Source: an uncultured Spirochaetaceae bacterium (GTDB taxonomy: Bacteria > Spirochaetota > Spirochaetia > DSM-27196 > PWMO01). Taken from it: a DNA stretch of 61,944 bases. The translations under genes were made by a program, and so were the position numbers. This document shows positions 26,813-35,869 of the stretch, piece by piece (positions within the stretch are counted from its first letter, which is position 1; each line of letters opens with the position of its first letter). The notes below the pieces were generated by a model that was not told where the DNA came from, ran no database searches, and worked only from the letters and a program-made list of their open reading frames with translations. Location of the stretch: positions 18,249-80,192 of the forward strand of contig CAYPTH010000001.1 of assembly GCA_964413635.1 (NCBI GenBank), written 5' to 3'.

Positions 26813-27684
26813 GCATCCACTCCGGTGAGCTCTGCGACGTAGCGCTGCGAATCAAAGACTTCGAGGTCCTCGTAGCGCTCGCCTCGCCCCAAGAAAACGC
26901 AGGGAATACCCAGCTCCTTCGCGATTGCCAGGGCAATTCCCCCTTTCGCCGTTGAATCGTACTTGGCCATAATAATGGCATCCACCCCGACCGCATCGTT
27001 GAAGATCTCCGCCTGGCGCAGACCGTTTTGTCCCGTCGTTGCGTCTATCACCAAGTACTTGCGGTACGTTGCGTTCTCTCCACGGCTCTCGATGATTCGG
27101 TTCACCTTGCCAAGCTCGGCGACCAAGTTGGCCTTGGTATGCATGCGACCGGCGGTATCCGCAAGAACGAGGCGGTCGCGGTTGGCCTTGGCGCTCTCGA
27201 CCGCGTCGTACACCACCGCCCCGGGGTCCGCGCCGTGCTGTTGGCGGACCAAGCGCATCCCGAGACGCTCAGCGTGAACCGCCAGCTGATCAATTGCCGC
27301 CGCACGGAAGGTGTCCCCGGCCGCGAGGAGAATCCGAGATGTCTTGGCCTGCTCCCGATAGAAGGCGGCGAGCTTGGCGAGAGTGGTGGTCTTCCCGACG
27401 CCATTCACACCGAGAAGGGCAATGATGTTCAGCCCCGGGGCGAGCTCAGGATCCGCGGCCTTCGCATGGGGAAGTAAGCTCTCGGCAAGAGCTTGGCGGA
27501 GCGCATCCTCGCTCCGAAAGGAAGCGGCCCGTTCGCGAAGTGCGTCGACCGCTTCCATCGCGAGGCGAGCACCGACATCGGCTTCAATTAGCAGATCCTC
27601 GAGGTCTTCGAAAAACTCCTCGCCGACGCCACCGCCTCGGAATACAGATTGGATGCGTGTTGCGAGTCCTCGTTTTCTGTCCAT
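26809..27684 (-). CDS. ftsY: Signal recognition particle receptor FtsY (NG domain only)
   Basis: GVNGVGKTTTLAKLA, DTAGR, and DATTGQNG... are SRP-GTPase motifs. There is no acidic A-domain. Confidence 0.9.
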   Translation of the reverse strand: MDRKRGLATRIQSVFRGGGVGEEFFEDLEDLLIEADVGARLAMEAVDALRERAASFRSEDALRQALAESLLPHAKAADPELAPGLNIIALLGVNGVGKTTTLAKLAAFYREQAKTSRILLAAGDTFRAAAIDQLAVHAERLGMRLVRQQHGADPGAVVYDAVESAKANRDRLVLADTAGRMHTKANLVAELGKVNRIIESRGENATYRKYLVIDATTGQNGLRQAEIFNDAVGVDAIIMAKYDSTAKGGIALAIAKELGIPCVFLGRGERYEDLEVFDSQRYVAELTGVDA

Positions 27685-27695
27685 GGGTCTTCGTG

Positions 27696-29207
27696 TTACT
27701 CCTCGGGTTGATGCTTGTACTGACTCGCCTCGACGTAGCGCGCGAGCTGAATGGCGACGTTAACGAAGAGACCGGTGCTGACGAATAGACCGCCCCGGGA
27801 GATGTAGAAGTACACCGTCCCCTCCCTCGCCAGCCGATTGCTCTCGGCTTCGCCGACGCCCGGGACGGGGCCACCTTCATCCGGAAAGAGCGACAGGATG
27901 CTTTGGTAGAGACCGCCGAAGACGATCGGTACCGGCAGGGAAACCACGAATGCGCCCAGTGCGCCATAGAAGGTATCCCGCCGTTCCTCTACCAGGCCCG
28001 CCTGATCCACGACCGCCGGCACCAGACGCCGGTCGATCTGCCCCGGCGTCGCCGGGCCAACGGAACCGAAAGCATCATTGTAGCCCTCGGCGGTAATACG
28101 AAACGGGACGATCTGCGGCGGCCGCTCGATGCGAAGCGGCGTCGTTCCGCGCCACGTCGACTCCACGTAGACCGCCGCCCCCGGGGGGGTCGTACGTATG
28201 GATACTGTTCCACGCGCCGCCGTTTCCACCTCAATCGACACACTTCGGGACTCGAATCGGTCCAACTCGACGACCTGCTCCCCGGAAGCCCCCGAGGGAA
28301 GCACGACCCGGATCGCCCGGAGGCCCGGAGTGGTCCGCGAAAGCCGAGCCTCCCCAATACCAACGAACTGCCCGTCGACGTAGAGGGAGGCATCCTCGTT
28401 CGGCGAGCTCACGCTCAGACCTGCCCAGGGCCGACCGAGAGCGTATTCGACAATGCGATCACGAAGCTCCTGCGTTGCTTCAAGGGCGCGCGCCGGCCGT
28501 GTGATCACGCTATCGCTGAACACGGTCTCTTCCCGGAACCGGCCGTATACGCGCACCTCGATCTCCACGAAGCCATCCAAGTCGTGAATCACGCCCGAGA
28601 CCAGAGCGTCGAGGTCCTCTTGCTTCGACAGATGTCTGTGGTTCTGCGCCGCAGGAAGGAGACCGCCGACATCCCCTTTTACCGAGATCGCTTTCTCCGG
28701 TTTCACGTGGATCGACTGCAGCTCAATGCGCTCGACCCGCTCCAGATTCCGACGCGCCCCGAGCACCTTGTCTTCAGCCTGGGTTGTGGAGCGTGCCCCT
28801 TCCGAGCGATCACGCGCTTCGATTGCGTCGTCCAGCGCCGCTCCCGCCGCCAAGAGAGACTCCCGCTTCAGGTGGCGCCGATAGGCGGCGAGCTCTTCCT
28901 CGGAAAGCTTGTGCCTGCGAACGTCGCGTAGGTCCTCGCGAATGAGGAGGGGCACGGTTTGCGTGAGATAGCGCGCCTCCTCCGGGAGGTTTCGTCCATC
29001 GAGCTCGGCGACGCCGAGAACCCATTCCTCCCGTACGTCCACAGCTTGCAAGGACTCGGGAAGCTTCTCCTCTTCACGCTCCCCCGCTGCTACTGCGAGT
29101 GTTGCGCCGACAAGGAAGAGTGTGGCTGCGTTGTAGATGCATCGGCGCTGCTTCGGCACGACTATGCTTGGTCGCTCACGGGGCGGAGGACGAGGGGCCG
29201 ACCGCAT
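27696..29207 (-). CDS. PEGA-domain membrane protein
   Basis: Two PEGA-like units (SPNEDASLYVDGQFVG; TTPPGAAVYVESTWRGTTPLRI) and C-terminal TM helices. The ATG at 29207 overlaps the cheY-like gene by 32 nt; an in-frame GTG at 29159 is an alternative start. Confidence 0.7.
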   Translation of the reverse strand: MRSAPRPPPRERPSIVVPKQRRCIYNAATLFLVGATLAVAAGEREEEKLPESLQAVDVREEWVLGVAELDGRNLPEEARYLTQTVPLLIREDLRDVRRHKLSEEELAAYRRHLKRESLLAAGAALDDAIEARDRSEGARSTTQAEDKVLGARRNLERVERIELQSIHVKPEKAISVKGDVGGLLPAAQNHRHLSKQEDLDALVSGVIHDLDGFVEIEVRVYGRFREETVFSDSVITRPARALEATQELRDRIVEYALGRPWAGLSVSSPNEDASLYVDGQFVGIGEARLSRTTPGLRAIRVVLPSGASGEQVVELDRFESRSVSIEVETAARGTVSIRTTPPGAAVYVESTWRGTTPLRIERPPQIVPFRITAEGYNDAFGSVGPATPGQIDRRLVPAVVDQAGLVEERRDTFYGALGAFVVSLPVPIVFGGLYQSILSLFPDEGGPVPGVGEAESNRLAREGTVYFYISRGGLFVSTGLFVNVAIQLARYVEASQYKHQPEE

Positions 29208-29565
29208 CGGCCGCCTTTCCCACGGCGCTCACGATCCGTTCCTCCGCAAAAGGTTTGACAATGAAATCTCGCGCCCCGAGCAGGATCGCCCGGCGAATCA
29301 TCTCCTGCTCGCCGAGGGCGCTGCACATGACGACGCGTGCCCCCGGATCGATACGAAGGAGCCGCTCGAGGGTTTCGATACCATCCATTCCGGGCATAAC
29401 GATGTCGAGAACCACGACGTCGGGTTTCTGTTCTACGTACTGGAGAATCCCGTCGTAGCCGTCGCCGGACTCACCCATGATCTCGAAGTCATGGGCGGAG
29501 AGCGCCGACCGAATCTGGCGCCGCATCAGCGGCACATCATCTACAATCAGGACCCGTTTTCCCAT
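29176..29565 (-). CDS. Single-domain response regulator (CheY-like)
   Basis: LIVDDVPLMR, VVLDIVMPGMDG, DFIVKPF: the full phospho-acceptor set with no output domain. Confidence 0.9.
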   Translation of the reverse strand: MGKRVLIVDDVPLMRRQIRSALSAHDFEIMGESGDGYDGILQYVEQKPDVVVLDIVMPGMDGIETLERLLRIDPGARVVMCSALGEQEMIRRAILLGARDFIVKPFAEERIVSAVGKAADAVGPSSSAP

Positions 29566-29566
29566 C

Positions 29567-30686
29567 TCAGCTCGTTGACGACGCCGTATTCAAGGACCAG
29601 GTGTAGCGAAGATACTCCTCAATGAAGCGGTCAATGTCGCCGTCCATTACGGCCTGGACATTCCCCGTTTCCGCCTTCGTCCGATGGTCCTTCACCATGT
29701 TGTAGGGGTGGAATACGTAGGACCGAATCTGGTTGCCCCACGATATGTCCTTCTTCTCCGCTGCCGACTTCTCCTGTTCCTTCTCCTGCTCCCGCCGGTA
29801 GTACTCGTACAGTCGCGACTTCAGAACCTTCATTGCCGTCACCCGGTTCTTATGCTGGCTCCGCTCGTTCTGGCACTGTACGACGATCCCCGTCTCGAGG
29901 TGCGTGAGCCGAACCGCCGAGTCGGTCTTGTTGACGTGCTGACCACCGGCACCGCTCGCGCGGTAGGTATCGACACGGATATCTTCCGGCTTCACATCCA
30001 CCTCGATGTCGTCTTCAATGACCGGTGACACATATACCGAGGCGAAGGAGGTGTGCCGACGGCCTCCTGAATCGAAGGGCGAGATCCGCACCAAGCGGTG
30101 AATGCCGGACTCCGCCTTGAGGTAGCCGTGGGCGTAGGTGCCGTCAACTTGAAGCGTCACCGATTTGATGCCCCCTTCGGCCTCCTGCAGATCGAGCGTG
30201 CTGCTCTTGAACTCGTGGCGCTCGATCCAACGAGAGTACATCCGGAGGAGCATACTCACCCAATCGCAGGCCTCCGTACCGCCCGCACCGGAGTGGATCG
30301 TAAGAAAGGCGGAGTTGTTGTCGAACTCGTCGCTCAAGAGCTCCAGCACGTGCAGACGGTCGTAGCGCGCCCGCAGGCGTTCGAGACCCTTTCGGAGCTC
30401 CTCCTCCACCGACTCCTCGCCTTCCTCGAGGCCAAGCTCATAGAGCTGCCAGAGATCTTCCATCTCCTGCACCAGCTCCTGCCATGGCTCAATCCGATCA
30501 CGGAGTCGTTTTGCCTTGGACAAGGTCTTCTCGGCGTTCTCTCGATCATCCCAGAAATCCGGCGCCGCCGACTTCCCTTCCAGCTCCTCTATCTCACTGT
30601 GTAGCGATTCGACGTCAAAGACGCCTCCATGTATCGTAGATTTGGTTCTTCAACTCCTCCAAGGGAGCTCCAAGTTCTTGAAGCAT
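29567..30686 (-). CDS. prfB: Peptide chain release factor 2, expressed via a programmed +1 frameshift (complement join 29567..30616, 30618..30686)
   Basis: Frame 0 from ATG 30686 (RBS GGAGG) reads MLQELGAPLEELKNQIYDTWRRL, then TGA. The +1 frame continues DVESLHSEIEELEGKSAAPDFWDD...SKAKRL... into the 29567..30523 ORF, which carries the SPF and GGQ motifs. Confidence 0.93.
30614..30628 (-). other. RF2 autoregulatory +1 frameshift site
   Basis: The minus strand reads GGAGG-CGT-CTT-TGA-C. An SD-like element lies 3 nt before the CUU UGA C slippery/stop context, the same layout as the classical prfB site. Confidence 0.9.
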
Positions 30687-30818
30687 ATAGGCCTCCATGG
30701 TTGGTCTCTCGCAATATACTGTACATGCTGCCGGTTCCGCTACCGTCACCCGCATGTCGTCCGCTTGTGGCCCTCCACTGTAGACAGCGCTCAATGGCGC
30801 CGATTATAGTTGATAACT

Positions 30819-32117
30819 ATGGTACTCACCGGAGCGCTTCGTCACCTCCGCACTTTTCTCATGGTACTGCTCCTCACCGGCCTTCTCGGCCTCCCCGGGA
30901 TCTCGCAAGAAGCCGGCAACGGTGCTCAGCCTCCCGCGGAGGAGCAGGAAGCGATGAGCCCCTTCGTCTCCGGCCTGCGAGTCGCAATACGGGACCCCCG
31001 GGTGCGACTCACCTGGCGAGAGGAACACGACAATGTGGCGCTGCATCGCATCTATCGAGCCGGCGAGGAGATACGGGAGGAGAACTTTGACGAGGCGAAG
31101 CTCGTCGGCACCGTCGATGCCGGTACCGAAACCTTCGTGGACGTTCCCTCGGAAGAGGGAAGCTACTACTACGCCGTACTGGCCGAGACGAACGACGGTG
31201 AGCTGCGGAAGGTGTTTCTCCCCTTCCGCAATAAGACCACCCAAGCCGCCGAGATTAGCGCGGTGGCGGATCGTGTCGAGCCGCCGGCGGAGGTGATCTC
31301 CATCTCAGCCGAGCGGCGAGGGGACGAGATCCTGCTCCGCTTCCAAGCAAACCGCCCCAACCGCAATTTGGCGATCTTTCGATCAACGAAGGAGGTCGCG
31401 AGTTTGGACGACCTCGCCGTGGCAACACGGATCGACATTGTCGAAAGCGACCGACGCAGCTACACCGATTTTCCCGTACCCGGGATCTCGTATTTCTACG
31501 GAGCCTTCGATACCGAGGCCGTGGCGGAAGGAGAGATCTCCTTCGACGCCGGCCGCAACGTTTCATCCCAGCCGGTGCGAATTCCGATCGACGTGGCCAC
31601 GATGAGTCGCACGATCCCGGAAGAGCAACTGCCACGGCGGCGTCCGCTGCCCTTCCTCATGATTGACGAGACCTTGCGCGAGGGCCGAAGCCTCGCCCGC
31701 TCTCCCTTGCGGCTAACCGCTGCACGGCAGGAGTTGTCGGAAGAGACGGCATCCGCCGTTGAGGCCGCCCTCGGGCCCCTGCCGAGTCCCGCCGACCAAG
31801 CGCCGCCGAAATCCGTAATTCTCCCGGAGGAGCGCCTCACCGACCCGAAGGGACCGCGGTTCACTCTCAAGACCATCGCGGAGGGGCCCTTCGCCGCCGG
31901 ACGCTGGCAGGAGGCGGCGCGTCTTCTGGAGAACATGCTTACCATCTCGCTACCGGAAGACGTGGAGGCGCGGGTGCACTTCTATCTCGGCCAGGCGCGC
32001 TACTTCTCCGGCGACACCCGCCGCGCATTTCTGGAGTTCGTTCTGGCTCGTGAGGTGTACTTTCTCGAGACGAAGCCGTGGATCGATCGGGTTATCTTGG
32101 ATCTGAACGCATCTTGA
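30819..32117 (+). CDS. Secreted hypothetical protein with C-terminal TPR-like helices
   Basis: The ORF track starts at TTG 30810; I prefer ATG 30819 (MVLTGALRHLRTFLMVLLLTGLLGLPGISQ is a signal peptide). No catalytic motif recognised. Confidence 0.6.
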   Translation: MVLTGALRHLRTFLMVLLLTGLLGLPGISQEAGNGAQPPAEEQEAMSPFVSGLRVAIRDPRVRLTWREEHDNVALHRIYRAGEEIREENFDEAKLVGTVDAGTETFVDVPSEEGSYYYAVLAETNDGELRKVFLPFRNKTTQAAEISAVADRVEPPAEVISISAERRGDEILLRFQANRPNRNLAIFRSTKEVASLDDLAVATRIDIVESDRRSYTDFPVPGISYFYGAFDTEAVAEGEISFDAGRNVSSQPVRIPIDVATMSRTIPEEQLPRRRPLPFLMIDETLREGRSLARSPLRLTAARQELSEETASAVEAALGPLPSPADQAPPKSVILPEERLTDPKGPRFTLKTIAEGPFAAGRWQEAARLLENMLTISLPEDVEARVHFYLGQARYFSGDTRRAFLEFVLAREVYFLETKPWIDRVILDLNAS

Positions 32118-32291
32118 CGCGGCCCCGGCGGGGCAACCACATCCACCCCTCGCGCCGCGCGAGAGACCCCGCAACACCTTCCTCTTCCGGCGTAACGCAC
32201 GCTCCCTGCCGAGGGCGAGACCGCTATTCTTGTCCTGTACCGCGCAATCGTATCCGAGAATCCAAAAAGACCCTGACATGGAGGCGGAGGG

Positions 32292-34340
32292 CTAGAGGGT
32301 AGTGAGTTGAAGGGCGATCTCTACCTCGAGGCGGTCATCCGCATCCAGGGAGAGCTCCCATTGCGGCACAATGCAGGTTGCCTGGTATTCCGTGCGCAGT
32401 GTGCCGCCGGCCAAGAAGGTGGTTTCAATTGGAAATGTCCACACGCGCTCCGTGGCCGGCGCATTCACCCGTAAGCTTAGGTTGTGGACGAAATCACGGC
32501 ACACCACGGAGCTACCCCCGTCGAGGGCGACTCGGCTACAGTCAAGCTTCTCTTCCCCGCCGTCGGACTGCACGGCAAAGAAGGTTGTCAATGTCTGCTC
32601 CACCGGCGGCAGTGCGAGGTTGATCTCCGGAGCAAAGAGCCCAGCGAGCTTCGTGTCCCCGAGGTTCACAATGGCGTAGCGGACACGAAGGCCCGCTTGA
32701 TCGAAGAGATAGGTTTTGCGGATTTCGACCGGTGCCGCAACGCTGTCTTGCTGTAGCGTCCCGCGCCTTCGCAGGACCAAGCGATGGTCCTCTTTGTGCA
32801 CCGTCTCAGGCTCGTAGAGGCCGTGTACGAAATCACCGAGCTCTTCGTGACGGAGATCGACAAAGCGATCAACGGACTCGTCGCTGCGAAAGAAGTGATC
32901 AACGAAGCTGTTTCTCGGGTAGGAGTCATGGGGCTCCCCGTCCTTGTGGTAGGCCTCGGGGTGCCGAGTCATGGTGTCCTGATAGTTCCACGGCTTCGGC
33001 AGGTAGTCGAGCTCAAAGACGGCGCCGCCGACGGCGTGCACGTAGGCGTTCATCTCCTGTCCCTGAAAGAGGAACTCGTTCACTCCGTCCATGTCGAAGT
33101 CCACGGTAATGATGGATGGAATGAAGATCCCCTTCTCCCGGGTCACCTTCTCAGCCTCGATCAGTGAGGCGTAGACGCTTTTGCGAAGGTTGCTGGTATA
33201 GATGCCGCCGTTCGGAGTGTGCCAGTAGGCGTTGTGATTTTGCCCGCGCCATAACTCCTCTCGAGCCATGCGCTTGCGGTACTTGTCCCCACGAATCTGA
33301 TTCACGAGAACGTGGATGTACTGCATTTTCGAGTACAGCAGATTGCTCTCATGGTATTGCGTCAGGACGTGGCGGAAAAAGCCGCTGCCGTTGGTCCACG
33401 GCGCAGCCGCGGCTTCCACGGTGTCGACCGCTGCCTTCCCCGCTTTGCCGCGTCCATTTCCGCGGCGACTCTCGCCGGCGCGGCTGTGGACGTAGGGGTC
33501 CATCCACCGCGCAATGTGTCCATAAGGCGTCGTCGTGAAGTACCCCCGACCGTGCGGGCGGTTCGACTTCACGTAGCGGCCGGGGTGGAGCGTCTCGATC
33601 TGATCCCGGCGCTCTCTGACGAGCTCGAAGAAGCGCTGCAACCACTCGGCGTCCTCCTGGCTCCTGTCGGGATCCGCTCCGAGACGCTCTCCCTCAAACA
33701 TGAGAGAGACGACGGTGGGCTCGCCCTCCTCTCCGGCATCCACAATGCCTTGCACCAGCGACTCAGGCTTCTCCTGGAAAAGCGCCTCCGTGATCCCCGT
33801 GGAAACGGGAAACACCTCAACCGTCTTTCCCTCGTCTTCGGTAATGCAAGGCCCGTAGCGCGTCGCAGTCTCGTCGCAGCCACCGGAGGCAAACTGCACG
33901 TCATCCAAAAAGGTGTATTCGATTCCGCTGGACTTCAGGAGCGCCGGAAGTGCCGGGTCCCAGATGTGCTTGGTGATCCACGCGCCCCGGGGCCGGCGGC
34001 CGAAGTGTTTGCGGAGGTAGGTGGTCATCCGTTCGAGCTGACCGAGGCGGTCGCCTCGCGGGATGAGGGAAAAGACGGGATCGTAGAAGCCACCGCCAAG
34101 CAGCTCGACCTGTTTGCGCCCGGAAAGCTCGGCGAGGACGTCAATGAACTCGGAGTGGCGATGCTCGATCCACTGCAGGAGGTGGCCCGAGAAGTGGAGC
34201 GTGGCTCGCATGTGCGGCGCGTTGTACAACGCGCGAATGAACGGCTTGTAAGAGTTCTGGTATACGGTCTCAATGTCTTGGTCTTCGCTCCCGACAGGCT
34301 GAGAGTTCGTGGTACCAAATATGAGCCTAACTTTGGTCAT
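32292..34340 (-). CDS. GH57 family-like protein (alpha-amylase/4-alpha-glucanotransferase architecture) with non-canonical catalytic positions
   Basis: Recognisable GH57 conserved regions: SQP (aa 13-15), KQVELL (76-81), WITKHIW (121-127), MFEGERLG (214-221), NAYWH. 14-nt overlap with the rnfB stop. Confidence 0.75.
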   Translation of the reverse strand: MTKVRLIFGTTNSQPVGSEDQDIETVYQNSYKPFIRALYNAPHMRATLHFSGHLLQWIEHRHSEFIDVLAELSGRKQVELLGGGFYDPVFSLIPRGDRLGQLERMTTYLRKHFGRRPRGAWITKHIWDPALPALLKSSGIEYTFLDDVQFASGGCDETATRYGPCITEDEGKTVEVFPVSTGITEALFQEKPESLVQGIVDAGEEGEPTVVSLMFEGERLGADPDRSQEDAEWLQRFFELVRERRDQIETLHPGRYVKSNRPHGRGYFTTTPYGHIARWMDPYVHSRAGESRRGNGRGKAGKAAVDTVEAAAAPWTNGSGFFRHVLTQYHESNLLYSKMQYIHVLVNQIRGDKYRKRMAREELWRGQNHNAYWHTPNGGIYTSNLRKSVYASLIEAEKVTREKGIFIPSIITVDFDMDGVNEFLFQGQEMNAYVHAVGGAVFELDYLPKPWNYQDTMTRHPEAYHKDGEPHDSYPRNSFVDHFFRSDESVDRFVDLRHEELGDFVHGLYEPETVHKEDHRLVLRRRGTLQQDSVAAPVEIRKTYLFDQAGLRVRYAIVNLGDTKLAGLFAPEINLALPPVEQTLTTFFAVQSDGGEEKLDCSRVALDGGSSVVCRDFVHNLSLRVNAPATERVWTFPIETTFLAGGTLRTEYQATCIVPQWELSLDADDRLEVEIALQLTTL

Positions 34341-35244
34341 TCGCTTCCCGGTTGGCGGAGCGGTCGTCGGGAGACTGGTCGGAGGCCGCAGCAGCCGCAG
34401 TTTCGGATTCTACTGCCGCCGTCTCCGTTTGTAAAGCTTCGCCACGGGATTCGCCAACCTGAACAATGCACTTCGGGGGACACTTCTCGGCGCCGGCGGA
34501 TCGATCGCCGTTGTGTGAGAAATCGATGCGAGAGAGGTTATTATCGACCACATAACCTCCCTCAGGAGACTTCTTTTCGCAGATCTTGCAGGCAATGCAG
34601 CCCACTTTGCAGTACTTGCGCACGTTCTTTCCGGTATCGTGATTGTTACACGCAACAATGTAGTCCGCTGAATAGGGAACCCACTGCATGACGCCGGTGG
34701 GGCACACGTCAACGCACTTTCCGCATGAGATGCACACGTCTTTGTCGACCCAAACCTTACCCTCGCTGTCGTAGTCGATTGCATCAACCGGACAGACCTT
34801 GATACAGCTGCCGAGGCCGAGACAGCCCTCCTTGCACGCCATATTGCCACCGTAGAGTTGGTGAAGGGCGTTGCAGTCCCGGAGGCCCTGGTAATCGAAG
34901 AGCATGGTGGTAACATCGCTACCACCGCGGCAGTGGACCTGGGTCACCATCTTCTCGCTGGAAACATCGACCTCGACTCCCATGATTTGACCGAGCTTCT
35001 CGACGACGTCTGCGCCGCCGGGGCCACAGAGATCGAGGGCCTCTCCCTCCTTGGCAACCGCCTCCGCATAGGCGGCGCAGCCCGCATAGCCGCAGGCACC
35101 GCAGTTGAGCCCCGGCAAGACCTGCTCGACCTCCTCCACCTTCTCGTCCTTCTGCACGGCAAAGACGCGGGCGGCGAAGGCAAGGCCAACCCCAAAGAGC
35201 AGGCCGAGAATACCGAAAATTATGAACGCATATATGATGGTCAT
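34327..35244 (-). CDS. rnfB: Rnf electron transport complex subunit B
   Basis: N-terminal TM, LNCGACGYAGCAAYAEA cluster, and several CxxCxxCxxxCP ferredoxin motifs. Confidence 0.88.
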   Translation of the reverse strand: MTIIYAFIIFGILGLLFGVGLAFAARVFAVQKDEKVEEVEQVLPGLNCGACGYAGCAAYAEAVAKEGEALDLCGPGGADVVEKLGQIMGVEVDVSSEKMVTQVHCRGGSDVTTMLFDYQGLRDCNALHQLYGGNMACKEGCLGLGSCIKVCPVDAIDYDSEGKVWVDKDVCISCGKCVDVCPTGVMQWVPYSADYIVACNNHDTGKNVRKYCKVGCIACKICEKKSPEGGYVVDNNLSRIDFSHNGDRSAGAEKCPPKCIVQVGESRGEALQTETAAVESETAAAAASDQSPDDRSANREANDQS

Positions 35245-35268
35245 AGAGGACCTTCCTATCGAGTACGG

Positions 35269-35859
35269 TTAGCCGATCAGATTGCTCAAGAGCGCCTTGT
35301 CAAAGGCCATGAAGGCCATGGCCATGAGACCGCCGGTGATGAACGCAATCGGCGTGCCGCGGAAATGTTTCGGAACCCACTCTTTGTCGAGCTTCTCGCG
35401 AAGCGCCGACATCATGAAGAGTGCCAAGAGAAAGCCGAGACCCGCGGCAAAGCCGCCGACAAAGCTCTCGATCGGTCCGTACTCGTTCCGGACCGAGATG
35501 AGCGCAATGCCGAGAATGGCGCAGTTGGTCGTGATGAGGGGCAGGTAGATCCCGAGCGCCTTGTAAAGGGGCGGAGAAACCTTTTGTATCACCATCTCAA
35601 CCAGCTGAACCAGTCCCGCGATCACCAGAATGAAGGTTACCGTTTGGAGAAAGACGATGCCGAAGGGCACCAGAAGCAGCTCATAAATCGCCCAGGTTAC
35701 CAGGGAGGCAATAGACATGACGAAGGTGACGGCGAAGCCCATTCCCACGGCCGACTCGACGTTCTTCGAGACGCCGATGAAGGGACAGAGGCCCAAGAAC
35801 TGGGTGAGGATGAAATTGTTTATGAAAACGAAGGTGATGATGATTCCTACGTAGGTCAT
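35269..35859 (-). CDS. rnfA: Rnf electron transport complex subunit A
   Basis: Trimmed to the ATG at 35859 (RBS AGGAG). FLGLCPFIGVSK..., YLPLITTNCAILG: near-identical layout to E. coli RnfA. Confidence 0.9.
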   Translation of the reverse strand: MTYVGIIITFVFINNFILTQFLGLCPFIGVSKNVESAVGMGFAVTFVMSIASLVTWAIYELLLVPFGIVFLQTVTFILVIAGLVQLVEMVIQKVSPPLYKALGIYLPLITTNCAILGIALISVRNEYGPIESFVGGFAAGLGFLLALFMMSALREKLDKEWVPKHFRGTPIAFITGGLMAMAFMAFDKALLSNLIG

Positions 35860-35869
35860 GCTCTGCTCC

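Noticed and set aside
29567-30523. The apparently 5-prime-truncated prfB, read as a pseudogene.
   Set aside because: The missing N-terminus is encoded in the 0 frame upstream, and the junction has the canonical SD-CUU-UGA-C autoregulatory frameshift site. The gene is intact.
32118-32291. A 174-bp convergent intergenic region as a possible sRNA or strong bidirectional terminator.
   Set aside because: Only short GC hairpins are present (GCCCC-ggc-GGGGC at 32122-32134; CTCGCG-ccg-CGCGAG at 32149-32163), and none has a flanking U-tract. That is not enough to call either feature.
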